64,000 nt of DNA, taken from contig JBHGNT010000010.1 of the NCBI GenBank assembly GCA_043228905.1, forward strand, positions 22,272,657 to 22,336,656, in the 5' to 3' direction. The notes under the pieces are model-generated. The model did not search any database. It worked only from the letters and a program-made list of their open reading frames with translations, and had not been told where the DNA came from. Below, in pieces: positions 39,192-53,714 of this stretch (positions are counted from its first letter, which is position 1; each line of letters begins with the position of its first letter). Source of the stretch: Azolla caroliniana. Its lineage: Eukaryota; Plantae; Polypodiophyta. Made by a program: the position numbers and the translations under genes.

Positions 39192-41243
39192 AGCGAGAAA
39201 AAGAGGCCAATTTTTTTTAGGAATCCCAGGTCCCCTCCCCGTCTTTCCCCTTTTCAGGACTGAGGACTCATTTACAATAGATTAAGAAAGTATTTACTAT
39301 ATAACGAACAGCCAGCTAGCCTAGCCTAGGAGGGTACATACTTATTACTGATGCAATACAGATACAAGTAACCAATTCATTGGCAAAACAAGAGGAAGGT
39401 ACGGCCGGCCTTTGCTTTTGTGCAAGATGCCTTCCCTTTCACCTCAATACGATTTATCAAGTTTTAGGCCTATTTCCAGGAATTAGTTGGTTAACGTAAA
39501 ATATCAGGAAATTATATAAATTATTGTCTTACCCATTTATGCTAGTCGGAATCATCACGCTAGTGATGATTGTCTTATGCATTTAACGATGATCAACTTG
39601 ATTATCCTAAGTTGTTATAAGTGTATACCACCTTGTATACTGCACAATTTTCAGTATAACATTGTGTCATAGTGCCAATTTTGTTCATGATATATATATT
39701 TGATATGCCGATTTGCAAATGTGCAGGTTATATACGGTGTAGATGTTTGCAAAGAGGAGACCATTCTCTTGCTGTGTGTCCAGCTGGAAAGGAAGATCTC
39801 TGTGGCTTCTTATCTACATCGCTATTAGAGAATCTGTCCGTAAAGAGAATCGGTAAACCCTAAACTTTTCAAATGACATTCAAAGATGTAAGTTTTTGCC
39901 ACGCCAAAATCAAAACAGCAATTCCCATTCCATCGTTTTGGTTTTCTTTCCAGAAGTTTTTGAAAGTCTGATACCATTAGCTGGACAACACCCACTTTTC
40001 CAGATGCCAAAGACACAGAATCACACTGTTACAAAAGTACAACACAAAGGCTGCCAACAATCCTATTACCCTAAACTATTCATTCATAATTCATCACTTT
40101 TGTTATTATATGTTAATCACTTTCTCTTATCGTTTGGGAACATTTTAGTACATATTCATTTAAAGCCTAAAATTAGAAGCACATGCCTAAGAACATCACG
40201 TCACCATTGATCCTCAAGCCCTTGAAAACTTCCGTTGCTTAACTAGAATTTAGTATAAATATCTAAATAATGAGTTGTTTCATTGTATTGTACTGGAATT
40301 TCATCAATATAAAGCAAGACACTCAGTGCAATAATACTGGCACTACTAATTTGTTGCAAGCTCACTTTCAAAAAGTATGCATAAGAAACAATGTATGCAT
40401 AAGAAATTGCTCAAATTTTCGTAGGGTCAGATATTTTACACGAGATTTGTAGTAACAATTTACAGTTGCTAGTATACATTGTAGGAATTGGAAACTAACG
40501 TTAAAATCAAAGCTGACATCCAAGAGTATTCATGCACACATGCTGCAGCAAAACTATTGAAGGTTAAAACTTGCCCCACGGGCACGTATCCAAAAGCATG
40601 TACTGTGAGAAGAGAAAATGTGTGATTTCCCAATCTATGTCAGATTGTTAAGTCTTGTCATTCTCTACCTCCATTTGTGCCAATTCACTCAACAGTTTTT
40701 CTTTGGCGATGCAAACCTTCAACAACATCCACACCAGCAATGAGCATGTCGTAGAGCCTATAGGTACGCAACTCCAGTTGACTCCATGAAGATAAATCAC
40801 TTGCTTTTAGTTCCAAATCCACAATTAGCTTACACCAAACAACTCACCACATATAAAAAGTGGCGGATGGGATGGACATCTCACAACCACGTGCATCATC
40901 ATAGTTGACTTCGTACTGACCCATAGCAAACATTCAGGTTTTCATTCAAATCTGTTTTACAAGCTTCTATGTCTCTAAGGCTATCTGAGTAAAAGAATAT
41001 ATGTGGCTTTTCTTTAAATATTTCTAGTCTGAAGGTCACTTTCCATCTTTTCCCACTGAACATAATTGTGTATAGACCATAGATGGATGTCCCTAAACAA
41101 TATCAGATAATCAGCTAGACTTCTCTGTATAACTAAGAAGAAAAAAAAAAAATGAAAATTGATTGAAAGGAAAGGAAACAATCCAAGAGTTAAATATGTT
41201 CCCAATTGAAAAGCCTACAGACAAAAACCAATGCCACAGTGTG

Positions 41244-44200
41244 TCAAGCGCACAATGCTTCAGCATGATGCTTTATATGATCCTCAACAAATGAAGCAAT
41301 AAAGAAATAGGAATGATCATATCCTGGTTGCAACCGTAGGATTAACGGTATCCCAGCAAGATTGCAGGCATCCTGGAAATTCTCTGGCAACAATTGCTTA
41401 TCATGTAAGAACTTGTCTGCATCACCCTGTTCCAGAGAATATGAAGTTTTATGCTCAAAAAATGCCATACCTTGAAGGACAGAAAAACCTACTCTTTTCT
41501 TATCTCAGCAATCATCAGAAATCAATCAATCTAAACAAAGACCAAAGACCAAAAACCAATATAAATAAAAAAAACATATCAACTATACCTGATCAATTAA
41601 TATGCTTGTTCTGTTCAGACCTTTGTAATTCTTCGCGAGTTCAGTCGCATCATAGTCCTGGGGCAATCGACATACGTATAACATATCACAAAATAAATTC
41701 TTTAAGCTCAGAAAATAATGGCAATCGATATGATTTAGTATATCATTTTCACTAATAATTTCTTTTTAGGATGAACAAACAAGAGAATCCAGGTAGTGCT
41801 AAGATTAATACATAGAAACATGGAATATGAAATAACTTCAATGGTGTGGTGATGAACAATCTCTACAACTGCTCCAGACAAGATTAGCTAAAAAAAGGTG
41901 ACAAACTAAGCTGCACCGAGAAACATTAGGAGCACATAATGTAAAGCTGAACAATAACTTTCTCGATGGAGGGGATGAGAGTGGTAGAGTGGGTAGAACA
42001 AAAAGAAATAGGACAGAAAGTGATATGTGGGTCCTCAACCATCATTAGGCTAAGAATCTAAAGAAGAACCATGCAACTCTTGTGAACCATGAAACAATAA
42101 TCAGTTTCCTAATACAGAGAGAAGAAAAATGTAGACAAACCTTCCACAAAGATTGATCAGAGCCCAAATATCCTGGAAAAGCCTTTTGTCCCCAAGGGCA
42201 AGCTATTGGATTACAAATTGGAGCAAAAGCTGAAACAGACTGAAACAGAAAACGAGATGTTGTGTTTTGCTTCATAAATAAATTAAGTCTAGAAAGCATA
42301 ATTGTGTTTGTTCAATCACCTTGTACTTATCTGAGTTTTTCAAAAAAATAGTGAGTGCACCATGCCCACCCATAGAATGTCCAAAAATTGATGCACGGGT
42401 AATATCAAGTTGTGGAAAGTTTTCATTCAAAAGCTCTGGTACTTCTTCTGTTACATAACTGTACATCTGCCAATTTTTCCATTTTGATTGTGTCGCATTT
42501 AAATAGAAGCCAGCACCTGCAAATTAGTTAAACATAAACTCAGCAAGCCTCATAACTTAAGGAATGCTCACGAGTGAGATTGGGTACGATACACTTTTAA
42601 CATCAAGTAACCAGCACCAAACTGTCATGGACATGAATACATCAAAATGCCACGTATGAACAATGCCTTCAGTTCATCTGTTATTCCCGTAAACCATATC
42701 ATCATCAGAAAGGACCATCTGCATGGTGTAAATGAATTAACTAGGGGATATAATAGAATGCAAGGACAATTGGAAGCCTACTTCTTATGGATCATGCATC
42801 AACCTGAGGGTTAATCCTAATAATCACTATTTACATATAACTTAAGTAGTTGTACCCTAAAATGGAGTAAATTATAATTTCAATGAAGCTGTTAAGACAG
42901 TAGCTGATGGCCATCGGAATCAAAATTATGGAACCTAATAAACCACTGTCCTATTGTCAAGACCTACAAAACAGTCTCATTTTACTTCAATAAGATTAGA
43001 TGTGCAAATAATACGTTTTAACCTTCAGATTTTAAAATCCAAATGAGGACATTTACAATTCAAAACATGCTGAAAAGCATGAACAGATAAATGTGAACAG
43101 ACTCGGGGTTAATCCTAATCACAACTATTTACATATAACTTAGGTAGATATACCCTAAAATAGAGTAAATTATAATGTCAATGACGCTGTTAGGAGTCAG
43201 GACAGTAGCTGGTGGCTATTGGAATCAAAATTGTGGAACCTAATAAACCACTGTCCCATTGTCAAGACCTACAAAACAGTCTCATTTTACTTCAATAAGA
43301 TTAGATGTGCAAATAATACGTTTGAACCTTTAGATTTCAAAATCCAAACAAGGACATTTACAATTCAAGATATGTTGAAACACACGAACAGATTAAATAC
43401 GTACACACCCTACCTACACCAAAGTCCCAACTGTCAGCCTCCCCTTCCACATTCAGTCCTCCTGTAGGCACAGGCACACAATGCCAGCAAGTCAATAATT
43501 AATTATATAAATAATGCATGAGATACATTCACTATGCATCACAATCAATAAATTGGAACATTTTAAGTATTTCTCTTACATCCAAAGTCAATTGCAACAA
43601 TATTTATTGCTAAATCAACAAGGTGATAAGGTGTTATTTATCAGCATCTTGGGACACACACAGCTCAACAATACTCATCAACAAAGGCTTCCACCATCAC
43701 TATCACATCCCTTCAGTCAATCCATGTAGTATCAGTGGAAAAACATATCTTGTCAAGTAGCACACAAATCTTTCACCAAAAAAAGAAATCATCAATTCTC
43801 TGATCCATCCTTTTTCAATGTATTTGGCCAGAATTAGAACAACATGTAAATTGAAACCATAATGAAAAGCTAGAATTTTGAAAAGTGAAAAAAAATGAAA
43901 ACATAGAAATTTAAAAAGTGAAAGAAAAATGAAAAGTTTGTGGGAAATTATCATGATCATCAAAAATGCTTTTCTAGCTTATGAGATCTTGAAATTATGT
44001 AGGAAAGTTCAATTTTACGAAGTTACTTGGAGATGTGTCAGTGCAGATGAGGGCAACGCCCTCCTTTGCCGCAAATTTCTGTGCTCCTGACTTTATAATA
44101 AAATTTTCATCTGAGCAAGTGAGACCAGATAACCAGTACAGTACCTGTCAAAAACACAGGATATCATCATGAAGGACTCTCCAATTGTAAAAACTGTAAT

Positions 44201-47075
44201 TCATATTTGAATCATATCAGCCAATTTTCATTTCAATCTTTTGATGATCAGGCCAACTTCCCTTATGCACAGACATAGAGTATACTGGCCAATGACATAA
44301 ACCAAATTGAATAGATGTGTAAGAAATATATAGCTTGATAAAACCAAAATAATCTGATCTCACATGTAGAGTGTGATACAGAAAGAATCATCCCTAAAAT
44401 ATGCACTCACATCTCTGTTCTCATCAATAAATAACTGTCATAAAACTCTTGCTCCCAAAGGAAAAGAGACCAAGGTGTAAGAGCAGGGCGAATTCAAGGA
44501 TAACAATGAGTGAGAATAAGTGCATGCAGTCCCAAGGAAAGGTGTAAAAAGACCAATGACTGGCAGCGTGCGACTGGATAGTAAGCACATAAACCAGCAT
44601 GATATGCAGAGAGGTCCCATCGAAGCAAACAAAGTTAGCTATGATATAGAATTGAAAAATCATGATTTTGACACTCAGGTCAAGAGACATGAAGACGCTG
44701 GATTGGCGAGCAAACTCAGCCATGGTATTAGAGTGATTTGTGAGTCACCATTATTTATTTCAGAACTTGTTCCCATCGTTATATGGATGTAAACATTGCT
44801 GCATGTGTATATAATGTGAGAAGCTTGGTACTGCGGTAACCTCTATGTTAGTGTCAACCAAACCTGTGTCACTAGTGAGGGAGGAATTGGTTCAGGGAGC
44901 TCTACTATGCCGACAAATGAGAGCATGTCAAATGCATCCCCTCAACAAAGGGTGGTGAGCATGTGATTACCCAGGGCATTGATCAACACCTGTTTCTCAC
45001 AAGCCAACCTATTCCTACCACTGCTTGACACTCTGGAGATCCTACCAAGGTGGCATAGACGTCTCTAGCAACCTACTCACTTCGAGGAATTGACAATGTT
45101 TTGTAACCAGAGAAATCAAAGGGCAAATAGCATGAGGTTGTGAACAAAGTTCCAGCGCGGGCATGCCGAAATTGTGGATAGACAAAGATATTCAACACAC
45201 AACAAATGCAGTGACCAAACCCTTTCATGAGATGGAAGCTGTTAGAAGATCTAAGAAATATGCCACACTGGAATGTCATCTCAAAGCTCCGGCCTGTAGG
45301 TGTTCCATACCATGTAGAATACCTGACTGACAAGTAGGGATCCAAATACAGCAAGACCAAACTGCAACTGTAAGAATTTTGGGGGTGCAGAAAGAGATTC
45401 CGGGGCGCCTAAACTAGAACCCGTAGGATAGGGGATCAGCACCCTACATCCTGTCAACCTAAGGATGATGGACCCTATTGTATCTGCTCCTACGGTCCAC
45501 GCTATGCTTAGGGTGTATCAGCTTGGCAGCAGAGAATAGGTTGCCTACTAGGCCATGGGAAGAAGAAGCCATTAGTCCCTCCAATCAAAACAACTGTTGG
45601 CACTACTACCCAACTTCTGAGGATTAGTGAATCCCCAGCTAGGTTGGTACTAATACAAAATGAGCAACAAAACAAGTTGTCCATATTTATGTAGCAGGTC
45701 GCAAGACTGGTGGGTAGGATGAGCATCCCCACACTTCCACATCAACCGAAGTTCCACAAGTGTGGATGAAAACGAACACTAATATAAGAACTATTGTGTA
45801 AATTTCTATGATTATATATAACGTAGAAGTGGTTATATAAACCCTTCTTAGAAAACCATGGCATGGGCAGGAAGTCACTCCCAAGAAAATAAAAAATAAA
45901 TAAAACAAAAACGATCATAAAAGAAGAAAATACATGGCATGACATTTGATTAGGACGTTTATGTGATTCTAGGGGCCTACAAACGCCCAAAGCCCCATAC
46001 CAAGTTGGATGGCACCTGAAAGGATAAGAAAAGGAACCTCCAACCTATGTTGAGTGAGCCTACTAGGAAGCCAACCTGAGGTAGAGAAACTACGTGCATG
46101 AAGCTGCCAGACAGGAAAGACTAATATTTGAATAGGGTCTCAAGAAATGAAAATAACTAATGTCAGAGAGTGGAATAATGGTCAACAGTGAAGCATAGAT
46201 CATAATCCTGCTGATGGCAGAAAGGGTGCAGAGTAATGTGGGTGTGGTCTGGGCACCAAATACAACCGCAATAACGCTGATCAACTAGGTACCTGCAAAG
46301 GAATCAGAAAAACAACTTGACCCAGACCACCAAACCCTCCAGCACAGAACCTGAGATGGCCTGAAGCAAAAGTAGGCTCAAGGGAACAAAACTGGACCTT
46401 GATGACAAAACATCACTGTTGATGGGCAGGACTACCCCACAATGGCCTGTGAACCAACAATAACAACACCAGAGACTTGTGAAATTTAGGGTACCAAGCA
46501 GACACCGTGGAGGATAAAAGTCGGACCACACCAAGCAACAGCACACACCCCAAGAGTGGTACAAAAACAATGTAACCTAAACTGATAAGAGATAGCAGAA
46601 CACGTTGTTGAATGCATTGGAAATATAGAAAGCAGTACACTGACTTCTGGAGCGTATCAAGGTCACACTCCTTATCAAGGGCATGAAGTTTGGAAATTCT
46701 CCAATATGCCAAGTGCTGTCTAAAGAGCAAATGCAAAACATGTTTCTACCAAGTGCAGCCAACTTCATGCTTAAGGTAACTGTTTTGAATATTAACCTTC
46801 AGATATAGAAGCTATACCGGAACTTTCTTGGTGGCCGCAGCAGGTGGAAAGTATATACTCAGATTCATTTCAGAGCCACACACAGAGCTTTGATGCTTAA
46901 ATCTCTTGTTGAATCCATCAAACATCTTTGAGCTGCTTATCTCTGTGACTCTCTTTGATTCATCTGCCATCGTGCTATACCTGGCAGAAGGACAATGAGC
47001 TACGACTTGTTTGAAAACTTTGGGGAGGCACTTTAGGGAACGGACAGCAACTGTAGCCACCAACCACCCTGACAT
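41244..47075 (-). CDS. SFGH: S-formylglutathione hydrolase (esterase D) with a 35-aa N-terminal extension
   Basis: Exons 47075-46818, 44144-44027, 43461-43414, 42516-42320, 42239-42141, 41657-41589, 41426-41244. Motifs [67 protein letters not shown] likely non-coding first exon ends near 47754. Confidence 0.96.
42806..43398. repeat. ~300-bp tandem duplication in SFGH intron 3
   Basis: 42806-43092 resembles 43106-43398 (gggttaatcctaat...ggaacctaataaaccactgtcc...gattagatgtgcaaataatacg...gaacaga), with scattered substitutions. Confidence 0.9.
44400..46780. mobile_element. Probable decayed retroelement sequence in the long first coding intron of SFGH
   Basis: GC content is higher than in neighbouring introns, and there are broken Trp/Cys-rich reading frames on the minus strand. 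No diagnostic motif could be confirmed. Confidence 0.3.
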
Positions 47076-49719
47076 TCAACACTGCAAACCACTGGGAGTT
47101 AAAGAAATTTAGAGAAATACAAAGAAAATGTCAAATTGGTCATCATCTAGAATCGTCTAGGTTGACATACTTTGCAATTGTGAATTGATAGAGCAAAATG
47201 GGCATACATGAAACCTCTGAGAAATCACACATAAAGGCAATATTATTAACATTTTATCCAGGTGCTAATATCCCACATACCCAACACAACAGCACTTCTT
47301 GCTCAACAGAGAATGAAGGCATAAGACGCCACTGGAGGGAAAAGATTTTCCCCGAGGAACATACTAATAACACGTGTGGCATGATCATTAGACAGAATTT
47401 GATTTTAAGTATATCCTCTCAGGAGAAATGTGTTCGTTTTGGATTTGGATCGATGTACATGAAGGAAGGAATGTTTATATGCTCATGCATATCCTGGAAC
47501 AAGAAGTAGTTGATTGACGAACTCGGATCTTCTCACTTCCTTGACCTCACCTTACCATTTCATGGTGTCACAATGTTATTGAACAGATCTTTAACCTTTC
47601 CTAGAGTAACACTGTTTTTCGTTTCGATCCTTTCTGCTTGCTTATGGGTTAGTAACATCGTTATGCCTCTAACGCAGATCACAGAGACAGACCTCCGTAC
47701 ACAAAGCTTAAATGATGGGCCAAAGAGAAACGGGAGGAGGAGGCATACCTTACCTAGTCCACTACCTCTGCTTATCACCGATTTCGACGATCTCTGAGAA
47801 AGGGTGAAACGACTAGGAATAAAAGACGCAGGCCCAAGGGGATAGGTACCACCAGCCAATGGTAGCGAACTAAGTAAATATTTTGCTGTAGCAGCCGCCG
47901 ATGCTTTGTTCCAATCACTCGGCTAAATAACACATAAACTTCAACGTTTCAACTTTCATATACATATATATATGTATTCGAGCTTAACTATATACTCCAT
48001 TTATTGCCGCCCTCTTGCGTAGAGAGCGGCGGTCAAGCCATAATTGATTAAATTAGAAGCTCCATTTGCTAATTATACTGAAAATTAAAAGCATGTGTGT
48101 AAGTAAGTTTGCTTGTATATAACAGCTTAATATGCTAATTGGGTCCTTCCTTTTGATATTGATTAAGTTTGCTCGTAAATAAAAGCTTAATGAGCTAACT
48201 TGATCCTTCCATTTGTTTTTTGATTGATCAAGATCTTTAGCCAAGTGAATGAAGCAAATAAACATTCATTAACGTATGGTTATTGGGTGGATTAATTAAG
48301 TGTATACATTTTTACATATAATGCTCCTTTTGTCATAGATGATTTACCCTAATTTAATTCTTAATCTTGTCTATAATATATTATTCGTCTTAATCTTGTC
48401 TCTTGCATCCTCCCTAAATTTTCCTCGAGAAATCGGTCTCCCACGAACAATAAAAAGATATCTATTTGTCTACCAAGCATATTTAAGCATACTTTTAAAT
48501 TCCAACAAATACAAACATATTTTGGCAATCTTCCCTTCCCAACTTGCTATATTAGATGAGCCCCATGACACCTCGCTTTCTTTTAGTGAGTAGTGGAAAT
48601 GTCTCTAAGAGAAGGATGGAGCAACAACTTTTTATGCTTCATCACAAGAAGTCACCCATAAGAATGTACATTGGTCCTTGATGGCAATGGAAGAAATGAC
48701 AATTCATTTGTGTATGTCATCATCCACAAATGGCAAACCAACAATATAGCTCTCATGTAAATTTCAAATACAATGGAAGGGGAATTTTAAGTCTCATCAT
48801 AAATGACTATCAAATGGATGTCCAATGCAATGGAAGGGATACCTTAACTACCATCCCCAATAACTATCAAATGCATGCCAAATACAAAGTCGGTGTCATC
48901 CTTGAATGGATCAGGTGCTCTTGATATACAAAGTTCCTAAGAGTCTCTAGGCTTTGATGCCCCGCTCTAGGATGAGAATATTGCTCCAAGTGATGGTAAT
49001 TAAGCATTGAACTTGCTCTATAGATTAGATTTTAAAAGCATAAGAATAATGAGCCTCAAAGGTATGGATGAAACACATTCCAATGCACTGTCACTTAGGT
49101 ACCATATGAAAAGATAGGACTGCGGTAAGATTTGAGGATAAATAAGGTGCAAATCATACAAAGGTGTAGACTCGGATGTAATAATAGAACAAATCGTTCT
49201 CAGCTAGAGCTTCCCAATGCAGAGAGTGGGAGGGGATGCTGCCACATATAAAAATGAGGTATACATTTATCTGCTTATCTGCTAACAAAAAACTAAAGTT
49301 TAGTTATGGTTAACTCAAACATTCACATCAATGCTCAATTGATATGATGAATACATCCACATTCATGATCGTGTCTTTCTCAGTGCCCTGAAATTCAAAG
49401 GATGGTTAGGAATAATGACAGATGGGGAAATTGAATATGGCCCCAGAAAATAGAAGCATTTGCCATTGTCTAAAAAAAACCATTGTGATGAGGGAATATT
49501 GGTAGTAATTACGCCAGGTATCTCTTAATGATAACATCAGGGAACACAATTGGTTATCTATGTTTCATTGAAACTTTGTCATCAGGTTTGCCAAGATATT
49601 GGGTGGGTTTTACCTACTTTGCAGCAGCTCACTTGCAGATACTAAGTATAAACGGCATTTAGTGGATTGAGCGTAGCATCAACCCCTCTTGACGCATATT
49701 TACTACATGATTTATAGCA

Positions 49720-52700
49720 TCATTGCTCACCAATGAGATCTAGACCAACCAGGAGGAAGGACATCCCTTGAAACAGAAGAAAGTAGAAATGAACACCTTG
49801 AACTGACAACAAGCTTCTTGCTGATGCAGTGAGTAGAAGAAATGCAATCGCGAGTTCCTTGCGATAGATACGATTCGTCTTTCTCTTCCTCGCTTGAACA
49901 CTCTCATTGTTATGTTCACTCTTTTTAACATCTATGTCTGCAACAGACACACATTGATGATGCTCTGCCTCTTTGGCAAAGCCCGTTAAATCCGTCTCCG
50001 AAGCTCTACCAACTTTCTTGGTCACAACCCACTCATAGGTGCTTCCAAGCTGAAGTAAACCCGAGATCATAGCATTGAACTTGGTTACTGACATAGTGTT
50101 TTCGAAGAGAAGGTAAGGAACAATAAAAGGGAATGATTTTGGTGCGGGTAAAACATTCAAAAGCGACATCAGTGCTGGTACATAGCACACGACCCATCCA
50201 GGCAACTGGGCCTCAGGAATAAACATGGTCATGGGAAGAATTATGCAGAACAGAGTGAATGAGTAGAATGGAAGTATGAGCTTCCTAAGCAAGAAAAAAA
50301 GGAATATCAAGTTCCCTTTCTTCCAAATCGAGATCTGCAAAGAGAAACTGTTAGAATGACATCAATGGATTGAAATTATCCATAAGGACTGCTTTTATAT
50401 TGCAAAAGCCATCCAGACCTTGGATGACATGATATCTGGAAGACAAAGACGAAATAGCTGCATCGGTCCTGAATGCCAGCGATGCTGTTGCTTCCGGTAT
50501 GCCTCATAGCATTCAGGCAGTTCACAAAGACACTGGATCCAGAAATTTTATATTATAATATTGCAAACATATTCATAAGCTATGCATATATCTCTAAACC
50601 AAATTAAGCTGTACATTTTACGTGATATCGGACAATCTTCTGCATACCTTCACATCGTTGAGAAAAATGAACTTCCACCCTTTTAGATGAGCTCGGACTG
50701 CAATATCCATATCTTCCACAGTGGTGCGCTCCAACCATCCACCTGATTCTTCCAAGGCCTTGATTCTCCACACACCAGCAGTTCCATTGAAACCAAAGAA
50801 GTTGAGGATTACACCATTTACTTGTTGCTCAACTTCAAAATGGTAACAAAGATTCATATTCTGAAGCCGAGTAAGAAGGTTCTCCTCTTTGTTTATGAAC
50901 TCCCATCTTGCTTGAACCAGGCCCAATTCATCATTCCCCTGCATAATTTGGCGATTTTAAGTCAAAATAGGATTACAATGGCAAAAATCAGAGAGTCTCC
51001 ACCCTAGCTGCAGTACAACTTCCAAGCTCATTCAATGCAACTCAATTGAATATCATGCATTACTAATTTAGGTAGACAGCATGGTACCTTAAAATGAATG
51101 ACAGTGCGCTTCAAAAAGTCTCGTGGTGGCTGAAAATCAGCATCAAAAATAGCTACAAACTCATAATCTTTGACATAATCACAGCTCATTGCAGACTTAA
51201 GATTTCCAGCCTTGTAGCCCGTTCGATCAATGCGATGCCGGTAAACAATCCTGGTACCATTCTGTTGCCATTTGCAAACTTCATTGCTTATGAGGATCTG
51301 CACTTCTACATCACTGGAATCATCCAACACTTGAATAAGAATCTTCTCTTTGGGCCAATCCAACTGGGCTACAGCAGAAATGGACTGCTGATATACCTGG
51401 GACATAAAGCTCTATTTTTTAGACATGGATTGCCGACCTTTTAGTTTTTCATGCTGAGGCTGCAGCCTAGTGGTAAGCCATGCTTTCATTCACTTCTATA
51501 CCTGGATTGAAGTCCAAAGAATTTCACTACATATTGGTGGGTAATGTAGGGAGTGGGAGGTTTATCTCTATCTATTTGTCCAGTATCCATCAATCTATAC
51601 GAGTTAGATATATACATATGTATACATTCGTATATTATATACATATCTAGCTGTCTATGTAAGTGAACCAATGCATCATCCATATCCATCCATCCACATA
51701 TATTTCCATAAATATGTTGATGAAGAGAGCATTTGGGAGCATACCTCTCTTTCATTACACATAGGGATCTGGACAAGGACCATCGGATAGCCTGCATCTG
51801 GATCCTCTGTGTCCCCGCAGTCTAAAGTCTGAGCTGTTGGCATAGGCTTGATTTTCCGCAGGTTTACCCAGGCAGCACCCAGGAACTGGGTCACCCTATC
51901 TGCCGACTGCAACAAGAACATAAAAATGCAAGCATTGGCTAAGGCTTGCAGAGGGGGGCCCAAGTAGTTCTCACGGACATAGAGCCATGAGATATATAAA
52001 GCATGAAGGAGGCTTTGCATGGCATCAGGGGAAGCAATGACGATGAGATGCTGACTAGGGATCAATGGATACTGAGCCCAGCCTTTAGAGTGAGCAATGA
52101 GGTCAAAGGCGAGCATGAAGATGGCAAAAGCAAGGAAAGAGACGATGAATCTGTAGAGCTTCCCCTTATGCAAAGACTTGAGTCCGGAGGAAGGAGGAGG
52201 CAGAGATGAAACAGGAGCAGTGTAGGAGGATGCTGTGTTCTGGTATGTCGAGGGACGCCTTTGAAGGGCTGAGAGGAGGGTCCACGCGCCCTGCGCCATC
52301 CAAGCTAAGCACCCTGCTGCCCTCTGGGCTTTCAGGAGAAGGACCCACGTCAGCTGCTTACCATTCCTCCCTCTCCTATTCTTCTTCTTCTTCTTCGTAG
52401 TTGTCGCCATCATCATCATCTTCTTCTTCTTCTTCTTCTCCATCTCCGTCTCCGTCTCCATCTTGTGTAGCAGCAGAAGACGATGGCGGCCATGCTGATC
52501 GGTCCTCCCTAATCCTCCTCCTCCTCCTCCTCCTCCTCCTCCATCATCTTCTTCTTCTTCTTCTTCTTCTTCTTCAACTCCTTCTCCTTCTCCTTCTTCT
52601 GTGCTGTGCATGTCCAGCAGGGACCAGTTAGGGTTCTCCATCTTCACCACCACTGAGGTTCCCTGGTGTGAGGAGGTGTCCTTACCCCACCAATCCACCA

Positions 52701-52731
52701 AATAGGAGGAGGAGGAGGAGGAGGGAGGCAT
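49720..52731 (-). CDS. CSLC: Cellulose synthase-like C (xyloglucan beta-1,4-glucan synthase, GT2)
   Basis: Exons 52731-51745, 51396-51088, 50938-50648, 50532-50419, 50334-49720. Motifs [71 protein letters not shown]. Confidence 0.96.
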
Positions 52732-52749
52732 CCCCTCTCAGAGACAGAC

Positions 52750-52784
<35 letters not shown>

Positions 52785-53290
52785 CTCCCTTGAATGACCC
52801 TCTCTCCTGGGTTAAGCTGTGATTGCGAAACTCTGATGCAAACAAAAATGTGAATATTTAAATTTATGTTTGTATATTCATATGATTGGTATTACCGTAT
52901 TACTATTATTAGTTCATCAATTTAGACCATTTCAGTTATGCGCAGTCCACGTCGGACAAACAGACAGACAGAAGATCTAAGAAGAAGAAGAAGAAGAAGA
53001 AGAAGATCTAAGAAGGGAGAAGTGGGGGGGGGGAGCGTATGAAGGAGGGAGGAGGCCTACGGAGTCAGTCAGTCAGTCCGCTCAAATCTCATTCGTGTTA
53101 TTATTACTAATTCAATACAAATTCGTTATTTATTTTATATTAGGCTTGGCTTGGCTTGGCTTGGCTTGGCCTGGCCTGGCCAGGCGGTGAGTGAGTGATG
53201 GATGCTCTCTATTTTATCATCATCATCATCATCATGTAGGAAGAGGAAGAGGAAGAGGTCTGAGACTTGAGTAGGAGTAAATGTGGGTGT

Positions 53291-53293
<3 letters not shown>

Positions 53294-53370
<77 letters not shown>

Positions 53371-53375
53371 CGTGT
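53294..53375. repeat. (GT)n-(GC)n alternating purine-pyrimidine tract upstream of CSLC
   Basis: About 68 bp of GT repeat running directly into GCGCGCGCGC. Confidence 0.9.
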
Positions 53376-53675
53376 TGGGTAAGTGTGAACTTTGAAGGGA
53401 GAGGGTGTTAGAACTTAGAAGGCCCTTGGGCCCTTCCCTTCCTCCCCCCGCCTCCCCTTTTTCTTAACGTTACGTGTAACTACTTATGTTTAGCTTGCTG
53501 CAGCTAAGACAGGATATACAGTCTTTTAAAATGGCCAAATGGCTTGTATGTATGTACACAAATAAAACCACCAGAGAGAGAGAGAGAGAGAGTGGGTAAC
53601 CATACTCCATTGTGGCATCCATTGTAGTAGTGTTTTCCACACACATTTTATCAATATAATTGTCTCTTCTCAACA

Positions 53676-53714
<39 letters not shown>

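Noticed and set aside
47560-47859. Transit-peptide-like ORF upstream of SFGH
   Set aside because: It starts at TTG after an in-frame stop with no ATG, so it is better read as a non-coding first exon plus intron.
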